DNA of 64,000 bases from Sulfurimonas sp. GTDB taxonomy: Bacteria > Campylobacterota > Campylobacteria > Campylobacterales > Sulfurimonadaceae. Shown here one piece after another: positions 21,502-29,319 of the stretch (positions are counted from its first letter, which is position 1; each line of letters starts with the position of its first letter). Made by a program: the position numbers and the translations under genes. The notes below the pieces were generated by a model. It was not told where the DNA came from and searched no databases. It saw only the letters and a list, made by a program, of their open reading frames with translations. The stretch lies in contig JAMORK010000037.1 of NCBI GenBank assembly GCA_027063645.1, forward strand, positions 4,200 through 68,199. The letters are read 5' to 3'.

Positions 21502-22734
21502 TTATATCTTTACTTTTAAAACTTTCTCAATTGTTATGAAAAATATAAGTGCACCAAGTGTTAAAAGTACAACACCACCGGTGAAAATCTCTCTATCTTT
21601 TAAAAGAACTCCAAGGGTGCTTAAGAGTAAACCACAGAGGCTAAAAAACCATTGTAGGTGTGCTAAACGATTAGGAAGTAATTCATGTAACATAGGAACA
21701 GCTCTCTCTTCAATAAGAGGTGAGTATATATGAAACCAAACTAAAAAAGGGATGATTTTATAAAAGTTGCCAATAATCACAAAACCAAAAAAACCTACAA
21801 ACATTAACCACATCCCAACTCTTAGTAAAATTTCATCTCCATTGACAATAAAACTAAGGAGTAGAAGAAAAGCAAATATAAAGGATGTAAAAGCAACATA
21901 CATAGATTTTGCCCAGATGTCGTGCTTCACTCTTGCTCGAGAGCTTGTCATCTTGTAGAGTTGGTAAAGGTATAAAAGGATAGCAAGTGTAGTGATGGCA
22001 TAAGAGAGATTTTCTAGAATCTCTGTATAAAAAAATGGTGAAAACATCATAACAATAACACCAAGAGCTATAGTGATAAAAGAGTTTGAAAATTCATTAT
22101 CACTAATACGTTTAGAACTTCCAAACATAGGGATAAGAATGATAGAGATCCCCATAATGAGTAAAATGACAAAGCCAACAACAAGTCCAAAGGTATGGAT
22201 ATTTAAAATATCGTGAGGGTTGATGTTGATGTGTCCATTAAATGCAGCAGCCATCACAAGCCCTGTAGTAATCCCTAAGAGTAAGAAAAAGTTACTCATC
22301 TTCATCGCCTTCGTAATACTTGTTTTTCGTCGAGATTTTCTAATGGTAAAAAGAAACTCTATGGCATAGATAAGCATGGCAAGAAGTACTAAAACACCAC
22401 CAAAGAGTAAAAAAGTAATCTCTTGAAAAAATCCAAAAAGCATCAGTAGTAGCCCACTTGTGAGCAGAATATGAAGATAGTGAAATACTTTGACATAGGC
22501 ATGGTTACTCTCTACTACGATAGGACCGAGTTGAGCCATCGCTGCAAAGATAGCCATCATCACAAATCCAAGCATATAAAGGTGTACCCAGCCTATAAGG
22601 TGAAAATCTTTAAAATCACTTTGTGGATCCATAAAAAAAAGTGAGGACATACTCAGTATATAAAAAACTGCACTGAGTATAAAATATGGCCTCATCAACC
22701 CAATGGGTGGTGAAAAACTTGGTGATACATTCAT
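21502..22734 (-). CDS. Polytopic membrane protein (~12 TM) with repeated H..GF..P units, NnrS/heme-copper oxidase subunit I-like fold
   Basis: Hydrophobic throughout. Units HLYMLGFVMMAIFAAMAQLGP, HTFGLVVGFVILLIMGISIILIP and GFFGFVIIGNFYKIIP. Confidence 0.6.
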   Translation of the reverse strand: MNVSPSFSPPIGLMRPYFILSAVFYILSMSSLFFMDPQSDFKDFHLIGWVHLYMLGFVMMAIFAAMAQLGPIVVESNHAYVKVFHYLHILLTSGLLLMLFGFFQEITFLLFGGVLVLLAMLIYAIEFLFTIRKSRRKTSITKAMKMSNFFLLLGITTGLVMAAAFNGHININPHDILNIHTFGLVVGFVILLIMGISIILIPMFGSSKRISDNEFSNSFITIALGVIVMMFSPFFYTEILENLSYAITTLAILLYLYQLYKMTSSRARVKHDIWAKSMYVAFTSFIFAFLLLLSFIVNGDEILLRVGMWLMFVGFFGFVIIGNFYKIIPFLVWFHIYSPLIEERAVPMLHELLPNRLAHLQWFFSLCGLLLSTLGVLLKDREIFTGGVVLLTLGALIFFITIEKVLKVKI

Positions 22735-22793
22735 TTTAAATCTTTTGTTACAAATAATCTGTATAATTCTAGCAAATTAACAAAGGGTTTTGA

Positions 22794-23237
22794 ATGAAAC
22801 TAACTATAACTGATGGAAAAATTGGTGTAAGGCCACCAGTTACGAAACCACACCCTGGTTTTTTACATGAGGTTGGTAAAGAGAGATTTCATAAGCTTGT
22901 GTATGATCATTATAAGCTTATAGAAACAAGTGAAATTGCTTTTTTATTTCCTGTTTTAGATGAGGAAGATTTTGAAGAGGCAAAGCATCATGCATTTATA
23001 TTTTTGTATGAGATTTCAGGGGGAGAGCCTCTCTTTACACAAGAGCGTGGTGAACACCAGATGGTTGGACGCCATGCCCCTTTCCGCATAGATGAAAAAG
23101 GTCGTCGCGTTTGGCTTGAGCTGTATGCCCAACTTTTAGAACCACTAGAAGAGGAGGGGATTAACCCTGAGTATATCCAATCTTTTTGGGACTATCTAGA
23201 TATCTTCTCTATGTGGCTAGTTAATACTGAAGATTAA
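22794..23237 (+). CDS. Truncated hemoglobin (group II/trHbO-like globin)
   Basis: LVYDHY, FLFP, ISGGEPLF, RGEHQMVGRHAPFRID..GRRVWL pattern of 2/2 globins. Confidence 0.8.
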   Translation: MKLTITDGKIGVRPPVTKPHPGFLHEVGKERFHKLVYDHYKLIETSEIAFLFPVLDEEDFEEAKHHAFIFLYEISGGEPLFTQERGEHQMVGRHAPFRIDEKGRRVWLELYAQLLEPLEEEGINPEYIQSFWDYLDIFSMWLVNTED

Positions 23238-24013
23238 AACTTGAGAGTGTACGGTTTTCTTTTTAGAAAGTAGGTACACTCAGTGTAACCAACATTATGT
23301 GCTAGTTGTATAATCTTCTCTTCATAAAGATTTACCTGCTCTGGTTTATGTGCATCAGAAGCAAAGGTAATTGGAATATCAAGTTGAAAAGCCTCTTGTA
23401 AAAGCTCTTTTGATGGGTAAGCCTCTGCTACCTCTTTTCTGTAGCCTGCGACATTTAACTCTAAGACCATATTTGCATCTTTAATCGCCTGGAGAGCATT
23501 TTTTGCCATTGGAATAATCTCTTTAGTGGGCATAAATTTAAACACTTTTATAAGGTCTAAATGCCCTACAATATCAAAAAGCTGACTTTTAGCCATCTCT
23601 TCAATTGTATCAAAATATTTTTGCCAAATTTCATCTATATTTTGCTCTTGCCATCCACCAATAAACTCAGGATTATCAAAACCCCACCCCTCTAAAAAAT
23701 GGACACTACCGATGAGGTAATCAACATCGGCTTCTAAAACTCTTTTATCCATATGCCCAGGGAGATAATCTACTTCATAGCCAAGCAATATGGTGATTTT
23801 ATCTTTGTAAGTCTCTTTTGCTTGGAGTACTTTTTGTTCATAAGAACTCATCTGAGAAAATGCCATACGGTACTTTGGATCAAAATCCATAGGAGCATGA
23901 TCTGCAAAACCAAAATAGCGAGTACCAGCCTTAATAGCAGCCTCAATATACTCTTGCATCTCCCCCTCGGCATGATTACAAAGTGGTGTGTGGTTGTGTA
24001 AATCTACTACCAT
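23234..24013 (-). CDS. hisJ: Histidinol-phosphatase, PHP family
   Basis: DLHNHT..CNHA, DHAP, GYEVDY, IGSVH, GHLD, SDAH. Confidence 0.9.
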   Translation of the reverse strand: MVVDLHNHTPLCNHAEGEMQEYIEAAIKAGTRYFGFADHAPMDFDPKYRMAFSQMSSYEQKVLQAKETYKDKITILLGYEVDYLPGHMDKRVLEADVDYLIGSVHFLEGWGFDNPEFIGGWQEQNIDEIWQKYFDTIEEMAKSQLFDIVGHLDLIKVFKFMPTKEIIPMAKNALQAIKDANMVLELNVAGYRKEVAEAYPSKELLQEAFQLDIPITFASDAHKPEQVNLYEEKIIQLAHNVGYTECTYFLKRKPYTLKF

Positions 24014-24094
24014 TATTTTCCCATATTTATAGTTTTTATGCTATTATAGTGTTAATTTAATAAATAATGCAATTTTGACCTTGGAGAAGAGTGT

Positions 24095-24829
24095 ATGACA
24101 CAAGAAGAACTAGATGCTTTGATGGGCGGAGAGATAGATTTAGATGATTTAGAGGATGATGCTCTTGAAGAGGAGAATGATTCAGCAACAGATGAACAAG
24201 TTGATCTTGCTGAATCGATAGCTCAAGATGTAGCAACTCAAAATGATGTTCCTGATAAAGATGCACCGGCAGGGTATTCTGAAGAGACTGCACACCATTG
24301 GCCACTTCCTGCGACTGATGAAAATAAGATGGTACACCAGCTTGATGATGTTACTAAAGAGAGTGAAGAAAAAGCAAGTGAGATTTTCGATATTATAGAG
24401 AGCATCTCTAATGACTTAATGGAAAAAGAGGAAAATGTTCAAAAATCTATAGATACATTTAATGCAAACATAGCACTCTTTGAAACACTCAGTAAAAAAT
24501 TTCCAGAAGTTGAAGCTTTTCAAACATCTTTAGCACAAAATAAAGAGGCACTTGAAGCTGCAAATGGCACTTTAGAATCACTTCAAACGAGTGGTGATGC
24601 TATTATGAGTGTGATGGATATTATGCAGTACCAAGATATTCACCGTCAAAAAATTGAACGTGTTATCAATGTGATGCGTGCTCTTTCAAAATATATGAAT
24701 ACACTCTTTGAAGGTAAAATTGATGATGAAAAACGTGTCTCTTCTGCACAACATATTGCAGGAGATACTCATAATGATGTTGCCTCTACAGATGATATCG
24801 AAGCACTTCTTGCACAGTTTGGACAGTAA
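24095..24829 (+). CDS. cheZ: Chemotaxis phosphatase CheZ, epsilonproteobacterial type
   Basis: QYQDIHRQKIERV (DxxxQ) and C-terminal DDIEALLAQFG peptide. Same gene order as C. jejuni cj0700-cj0704. Confidence 0.82.
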   Translation: MTQEELDALMGGEIDLDDLEDDALEEENDSATDEQVDLAESIAQDVATQNDVPDKDAPAGYSEETAHHWPLPATDENKMVHQLDDVTKESEEKASEIFDIIESISNDLMEKEENVQKSIDTFNANIALFETLSKKFPEVEAFQTSLAQNKEALEAANGTLESLQTSGDAIMSVMDIMQYQDIHRQKIERVINVMRALSKYMNTLFEGKIDDEKRVSSAQHIAGDTHNDVASTDDIEALLAQFGQ

Positions 24830-26124
24830 TGGCTAAGAGAGTTGAATTATTATCCCCTGCGGGGACTTTAGAAAAATTAAAAATCGCTTTTGATTTTGGT
24901 GCAGATGCTGTGTATGGTGGAGTAAGCCACTTTTCACTTCGTATACGTTCAGGTAAAGAGTTTTCTATGGAGGAGTTTAAGGAGGGGATAGAGTATGCCC
25001 ATGCAAGGGGTAAAAAAGTTTATGCAACCATTAATGGTTTCCCTTTTAATTCTCAGTTAAATCTTCTAAAAAAACATATAGTGGCGATGGGTGAATTAAA
25101 ACCTGATGCTTTTATTGTTGCGACACCTGGTGTTTTAAAACTCTGTCATGACCTTGTGCCAGATATGCCACTGCACCTCTCTACACAAGCAAATGTAATG
25201 AATGTGCTTGATGCTGAGATTTATCATGATATGGGGGCTACTCGTATCATTACGGCTCGTGAGATATCTTTAAAAGATTTGGTAGCTATTAAAGAGGCAT
25301 TACCAGATTTAGAGCTTGAAGTTTTTGTGCATGGTTCTATGTGTTTTGCTTATAGTGGACGTTGTCTTATCTCTACACTTCAGTCTGGTCGCGTTCCAAA
25401 CCGTGGAAGCTGTGCAAATGATTGCCGTTTCCCTTACGAGATGTATGCAGCAAACCCTGAAACTGGGACACTTTTCCGTCTTGAAGAGGATGAGGGTGTA
25501 GGAACTTACATTATGAATGCAAAAGATTTGAACCTTGCTTCACATATGCAAGAGATCTTAGATAGTGGAGTTGTTGACTCTGTAAAAATTGAGGGTCGTA
25601 CAAAGACAGCTTATTATGCTGCTGCAACGGCTAAAGCTTATAGAATGGCGATAGATGACTATTATGCTGGAAAATTTCAAGATGAGAAGTATCAGTATGA
25701 ACTGCAATCGTTACAAAATCGTGGTTATACTGATGCTTATTTGGTTTCACGACCATTTGAACGCCATGATACACAAAGTTTAGATTTTACTATGCAACTT
25801 GGAACACACCAAGTGAGTGGTGTGAGTACTGAAGATGGTGAGTATTTTATGTGTAAATTTAAAACACTCCCTGAAGATGAACTTGAAGTTGTAGCACCAT
25901 TTGGAAGTGAAATAGAAAAAGTTGAGAATGAATTTGGTTCTACATATGAAAAAGATGGAAGATTCTTTATGAAATTTAAAAAGCTCCAAGCCCTTAATGG
26001 AAAAACTCTTGAAGCGGTGCATAGTGGTAACACAAACCCTATAAAGCTCCCAACAAAGTTTCCAGCTTTTACATTTTTTAGAATACCTTCCCATCCAGAT
26101 ATGGGTACATATCCGAAAAAATAA
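24829..26124 (+). CDS. Peptidase U32 family protein (TrhP-like tRNA hydroxylation Fe-S protein)
   Basis: ELLSPAG, GADAVY, HLSTQAN, EVFVHGSMCFAYSGRC..NRGSCANDCR, SVKIEGR. Confidence 0.88.
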   Translation: MAKRVELLSPAGTLEKLKIAFDFGADAVYGGVSHFSLRIRSGKEFSMEEFKEGIEYAHARGKKVYATINGFPFNSQLNLLKKHIVAMGELKPDAFIVATPGVLKLCHDLVPDMPLHLSTQANVMNVLDAEIYHDMGATRIITAREISLKDLVAIKEALPDLELEVFVHGSMCFAYSGRCLISTLQSGRVPNRGSCANDCRFPYEMYAANPETGTLFRLEEDEGVGTYIMNAKDLNLASHMQEILDSGVVDSVKIEGRTKTAYYAAATAKAYRMAIDDYYAGKFQDEKYQYELQSLQNRGYTDAYLVSRPFERHDTQSLDFTMQLGTHQVSGVSTEDGEYFMCKFKTLPEDELEVVAPFGSEIEKVENEFGSTYEKDGRFFMKFKKLQALNGKTLEAVHSGNTNPIKLPTKFPAFTFFRIPSHPDMGTYPKK

Positions 26125-26160
26125 TGTATAATTTCGTCAAACAAATCTAAGGGTATAAAA

Positions 26161-26658
26161 ATGAAATTTGTAAGTATTGTAATCGGGTCAAAAAGTGACT
26201 ACGAAGTGATGAAATCGTGTTCAGACACATTAGAAGCATTTGGTGTAAATTATGAGATGGTTATCTCTTCAGCTCACCGTTCTCCAGAGAGAACAAAGGA
26301 TTATATTGAGGCTGCTGAAACTAAAGGAGCTCAAGTATTTATTGCTGCTGCTGGTATGGCTGCACACTTAGCGGGTGTTCTTTCATCTAAAACTGTGAAA
26401 CCTATCATTGGTGTTCCAATGTCAGCTTCTGCATTAAGTGGAATCGATGCACTTCTTTCAACTGTTCAAATGCCAGCTGGAATGCCAGTTGCTACAGTAG
26501 CTATAGGTAAGGCAGGTGCAATCAACTCTGCATATTTAGCTATGCAAATGATGGCATTAGATAATGAAGAGTTAGCAATCAAACTTCAAGAAGATAGAAT
26601 TGCTAAGGCTAAAAAAGTTGAGATGGATTCTTTAGAGATAGAAACTATCATCAAATAA
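26161..26658 (+). CDS. purE: N5-carboxyaminoimidazole ribonucleotide mutase
   Basis: GSKSD, SAHRSP, AGMAAHLAG, STVQMPAGMPVATV. Confidence 0.97.
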   Translation: MKFVSIVIGSKSDYEVMKSCSDTLEAFGVNYEMVISSAHRSPERTKDYIEAAETKGAQVFIAAAGMAAHLAGVLSSKTVKPIIGVPMSASALSGIDALLSTVQMPAGMPVATVAIGKAGAINSAYLAMQMMALDNEELAIKLQEDRIAKAKKVEMDSLEIETIIK

Positions 26659-26683
26659 GCCTAAAACGCAGAGAGGTAAAACA

Positions 26684-27157
26684 ATGACTTGGATGAGTGA
26701 AGAGGAATATAGTAGTTTAACAGGTTTAGATATATCTTCGATAGAAGATCTTATAGAAGCTGGAAAGTTAAGTGTAAAAGTGGAAGATGGGGTGAGGCTT
26801 ATTAACCCATCTAAAGGTGCTACTGAAGTTATTATTCCTGAGAAACTCAAAGAGCTCTCTGCAAGAAATACACATGAGATGATGGTACAACCAGAATTTG
26901 TTGAAAAAACAATAGGAACTATCATTAATCTTCATGAAAAAGTTCTTGATGCTAAAGATGAAACCATAGAAGCTGTAAAAGTGGAAAATGAGTTTCTAAG
27001 AGAGGCACTCTCTTCGCTGCAAGAACTTTATGATGAAGATAGAAAAACGATCCATACCCTTCAAGAACAGCTTAAACTCTCCCAACAAGAGGTGGAGTTT
27101 ATGCGTAGAAAATACAAGCTTATGTGGAACAAAGCGATAGACGAACATACCAAGTAA
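26684..27157 (+). CDS. DUF3972-like coiled-coil protein (Cj0703-like)
   Basis: FVEKTIGTIINLHEKVLDAKDET..ENEFL..YKLMW; conserved position between purE and glyQ. Confidence 0.7.
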   Translation: MTWMSEEEYSSLTGLDISSIEDLIEAGKLSVKVEDGVRLINPSKGATEVIIPEKLKELSARNTHEMMVQPEFVEKTIGTIINLHEKVLDAKDETIEAVKVENEFLREALSSLQELYDEDRKTIHTLQEQLKLSQQEVEFMRRKYKLMWNKAIDEHTK

Positions 27158-28026
27158 TGTTTATTGATGAAGCTTGTGTTAGCTGCATAATCAATCAAAG
27201 TATCAAAGTCGCTGATGCGATTGATGCAGATACAACACTCACAAACAAACTCACAACAACTGTCACAGATATGAGTAAAGAGTTCTCTTTTAGATTGAGC
27301 CCACCTGAAGTGGCTGCTGATGTTTATGAAAAGATGGCACTCTTAGCAAAAAAAGAGGATCTCTATGATGAGGTAAAAGAACTCTCAACCCAAAAAGCAC
27401 TCTCCTTTATCCCATTTTTAAAAGAGAAACTTCAAAACTCTTCAGAGAAACTTCTTGTAGCCACAAAGATTGCAGTAGCTGGTAATGTTATAGATCTCGC
27501 TGCAGCTGTAGAGTTTGACCTAGATGAAGAGCTTGAAAAGATTTTTCATACAGAGTTTAGTCATAATGATTTTACACAATTACAAAAAGAACTTCAAAGA
27601 GCAAAAAAGATTGTAGTACTTGGAGATAATGTTGGAGAACATATCTTTGATTATCTTTTTATACAAACACTCCAAGGGCTTTATCCCGATATTCATGTTA
27701 GTTATATGGTAAGAGGAAATCCAATCATCAATGATGTTACGATGAAAGAGGCAAGAGAGGCAGGTTTTGATACATTGTGTGAACTGGTAGATAGTGGAGT
27801 TAATACCCCAGGCTTTGCTTACTCTCGTGCAAATAGCTATGCTCAAGAACTTTTTGACAGTGCCGATTTGGTGATGAGTAAAGGGATGGGGAATTATGAA
27901 TGCCTATCTCCATCACATCGCTCAAACATCTGCTTTTTGCTTAAGGTGAAATGTGATGTGGTTGCATCCTCTTTAGGTGCTAATGTGGGTGACATTATCT
28001 GTAAAATAAATGAGTTTAAATCCTAA
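27157..28026 (+). CDS. ARMT1/DUF89 damage-control phosphatase family
   Basis: Start at ATG 27157 (TAATG overlap). CxxC near the N-terminus, AGNVID, DNVGE..FD, PIINDVT, KGMGNYE, LLKVKC. Confidence 0.88.
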   Translation: MFIDEACVSCIINQSIKVADAIDADTTLTNKLTTTVTDMSKEFSFRLSPPEVAADVYEKMALLAKKEDLYDEVKELSTQKALSFIPFLKEKLQNSSEKLLVATKIAVAGNVIDLAAAVEFDLDEELEKIFHTEFSHNDFTQLQKELQRAKKIVVLGDNVGEHIFDYLFIQTLQGLYPDIHVSYMVRGNPIINDVTMKEAREAGFDTLCELVDSGVNTPGFAYSRANSYAQELFDSADLVMSKGMGNYECLSPSHRSNICFLLKVKCDVVASSLGANVGDIICKINEFKS

Positions 28027-28076
28027 AAAAGTCAATTAAGATATAATTGCAAGATTAAATAAAAAGAGAGCAAATA

Positions 28077-28961
28077 ATGATAACTTTTAGTGAAATGCTA
28101 CTAAAACTACAAGAATTTTGGATGAAACAGGGGTGTAATATTGTACAGCCTTATGATATCCCAGCAGGAGCAGGAACATTCCACCCTGCAACTTTTCTTC
28201 GCTCACTCGATTCTACTCCATGGGCAACTGCCTATGTAGCACCATCACGCCGTCCAACTGATGGACGTTATGGAGAAAATCCAAATAGACTTGGTTCATA
28301 CTACCAATTTCAAGCCATCATCAAACCATCACCAGATAATATTCAGGAGCTTTACTTAAAATCTTTAGAGTATTTGGGACTTGATGTAAGCAAACACGAT
28401 ATCCGTTTTATCGAAGACAACTGGGAGTCACCAACACTTGGTGCTTGGGGTCTTGGTTGGGAAGTTTGGCTTAATGGTATGGAAGTAACTCAATTTACAT
28501 ACTTTCAACAAGTGGGTGGTATAGAGTGTAAACCCGTAACAGCTGAGATCACTTACGGAACAGAGCGACTTGCGATGTATCTTCAGGGTGTTGATAGTGT
28601 TTTTGACATTGTATGGAATATAAACCCTCAAGGGGAGAAAACACTTTATAAAGATGTACATAAAGAGAGTGAGATAGAGTTCTCAAAATACAACTTTGAA
28701 GTAGCTGATACTGAGATGCTTTTTGCTGAGTTTGAAGCAAAATCTGCAGAGTGTTTAAAAACACTAGAAGCGGGTTTACCACTCCCTGCTTATGACTTAT
28801 GTATGATAGCTTCAAACACTTTTAATGTACTCGATGCTCGTAAGGCAATCTCTCAAACAGAACGCCAAAACTATATTCTAAAAATTCGTGAACTTTCACG
28901 CGGATGTGCCGAACTTTATAAAGCCCAAGAGGAAGAGCGTAACCAACGTATACACGGCTAA
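28077..28961 (+). CDS. glyQ: Glycine--tRNA ligase alpha subunit
   Basis: [51 protein letters not shown]. Confidence 0.98.
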   Translation: MITFSEMLLKLQEFWMKQGCNIVQPYDIPAGAGTFHPATFLRSLDSTPWATAYVAPSRRPTDGRYGENPNRLGSYYQFQAIIKPSPDNIQELYLKSLEYLGLDVSKHDIRFIEDNWESPTLGAWGLGWEVWLNGMEVTQFTYFQQVGGIECKPVTAEITYGTERLAMYLQGVDSVFDIVWNINPQGEKTLYKDVHKESEIEFSKYNFEVADTEMLFAEFEAKSAECLKTLEAGLPLPAYDLCMIASNTFNVLDARKAISQTERQNYILKIRELSRGCAELYKAQEEERNQRIHG

Positions 28962-28966
28962 TACTT

Positions 28967-29006
28967 TAAAAATATGACATTTTGTTATGTTTTTATGAAG
29001 TTTTTT
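28967..29006 (+). terminator. Possible weak intrinsic terminator after glyQ
   Basis: TAAAAATATGACA-TTT-TGTTATGTTTTTA stem (AU/GU-rich) followed by T-rich sequence. Confidence 0.35.
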
Positions 29007-29022
29007 GATTTTTTATTATAAT
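28991..29022 (+). promoter_or_regulatory. Sigma70-type promoter for the small-peptide cassette
   Basis: TATAAT at 29017-29022 preceded by T-tracts spaced ~10 bp apart, the typical Campylobacterota promoter pattern. Confidence 0.65.
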
Positions 29023-29030
29023 TGTTGTGT

Positions 29031-29052
29031 TCCCACTGAGAGATCAGTGGGA
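29031..29052 (+). other. 5' hairpin with GAGA tetraloop
   Basis: TCCCACTGA-GAGA-TCAGTGGGA, a perfect 9-bp stem at the predicted transcript 5' end. Confidence 0.8.
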
Positions 29053-29076
29053 TAAATGCCACACAAAGGAGTTAAG

Positions 29077-29154
29077 ATGGAATATCTTAACATACTCCTG
29101 AAAGTTTTAACACTAATCTACTTAGTTGTTAAAATCTTACAGGTGTTAGGTTAG
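29077..29154 (+). CDS. Small hydrophobic peptide, 25 aa (MEYLNILLKVLTLIYLVVKILQVLG), candidate type I toxin
   Basis: Strong SD AAAGGAG at 29065-29071, ATG 29077, TAG 29152-29154. Single TM-like helix. Below the ORF-track cutoff. Confidence 0.65.
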   Translation: MEYLNILLKVLTLIYLVVKILQVLG

Positions 29155-29174
29155 AGGGGTGCAACCCTCTAATC
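29149..29174. other. GC-rich hairpin overlapping the stop codon of the 25-aa ORF
   Basis: GGTTAGAGGG-GTGCAA-CCCTCTAATC; no U-tract follows. Confidence 0.75.
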
Positions 29175-29207
29175 CCATTGGTGGCATTATAACATAAAAG
29201 GTAAAAT

Positions 29208-29315
29208 ATGAAAAATCTTGAAGATATTCTCCTTACTCTTATTATAGTAATTATGAGTTTTATGATAGGCAATCTTTACAAACGAGTGAAAAAACTCGAA
29301 GAGAAGAAAGACTAA
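29208..29315 (+). CDS. Small single-TM peptide, 35 aa (MKNLEDILLTLIIVIMSFMIGNLYKRVKKLEEKKD)
   Basis: SD-like AAAAGGT upstream. Hydrophobic core followed by a charged Lys-rich tail. Stop lies 4 nt before the recG ATG. Confidence 0.6.
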   Translation: MKNLEDILLTLIIVIMSFMIGNLYKRVKKLEEKKD

Positions 29316-29319
29316 AATT

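Larger units (their letters stand above)
29031..29180 (-). ncRNA. Putative cis-antisense RNA to the 25-aa peptide mRNA (3' end uncertain)
   Basis: Minus-strand extended -10 TGTTATAAT at 29194-29186 points into the small ORF. No plausible SD-led ORF on this strand. Confidence 0.4.

Noticed and set aside
22633-22640. A8 homopolymer as a phase-variation tract
   Set aside because: Short A/T runs are common in this AT-rich DNA and the ORF is intact. I noticed no long poly-G/C tracts in the window.
28077-28961. glyQ without an adjacent glyS
   Set aside because: Split glyQ/glyS is normal in Campylobacterota.
29031-29174. Hairpins as CRISPR repeats, REP elements or IS/MITE ends
   Set aside because: The two hairpins differ in sequence, and I did not see them recur in the window. 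There are no spacers, cas genes, transposase or target-site duplication.
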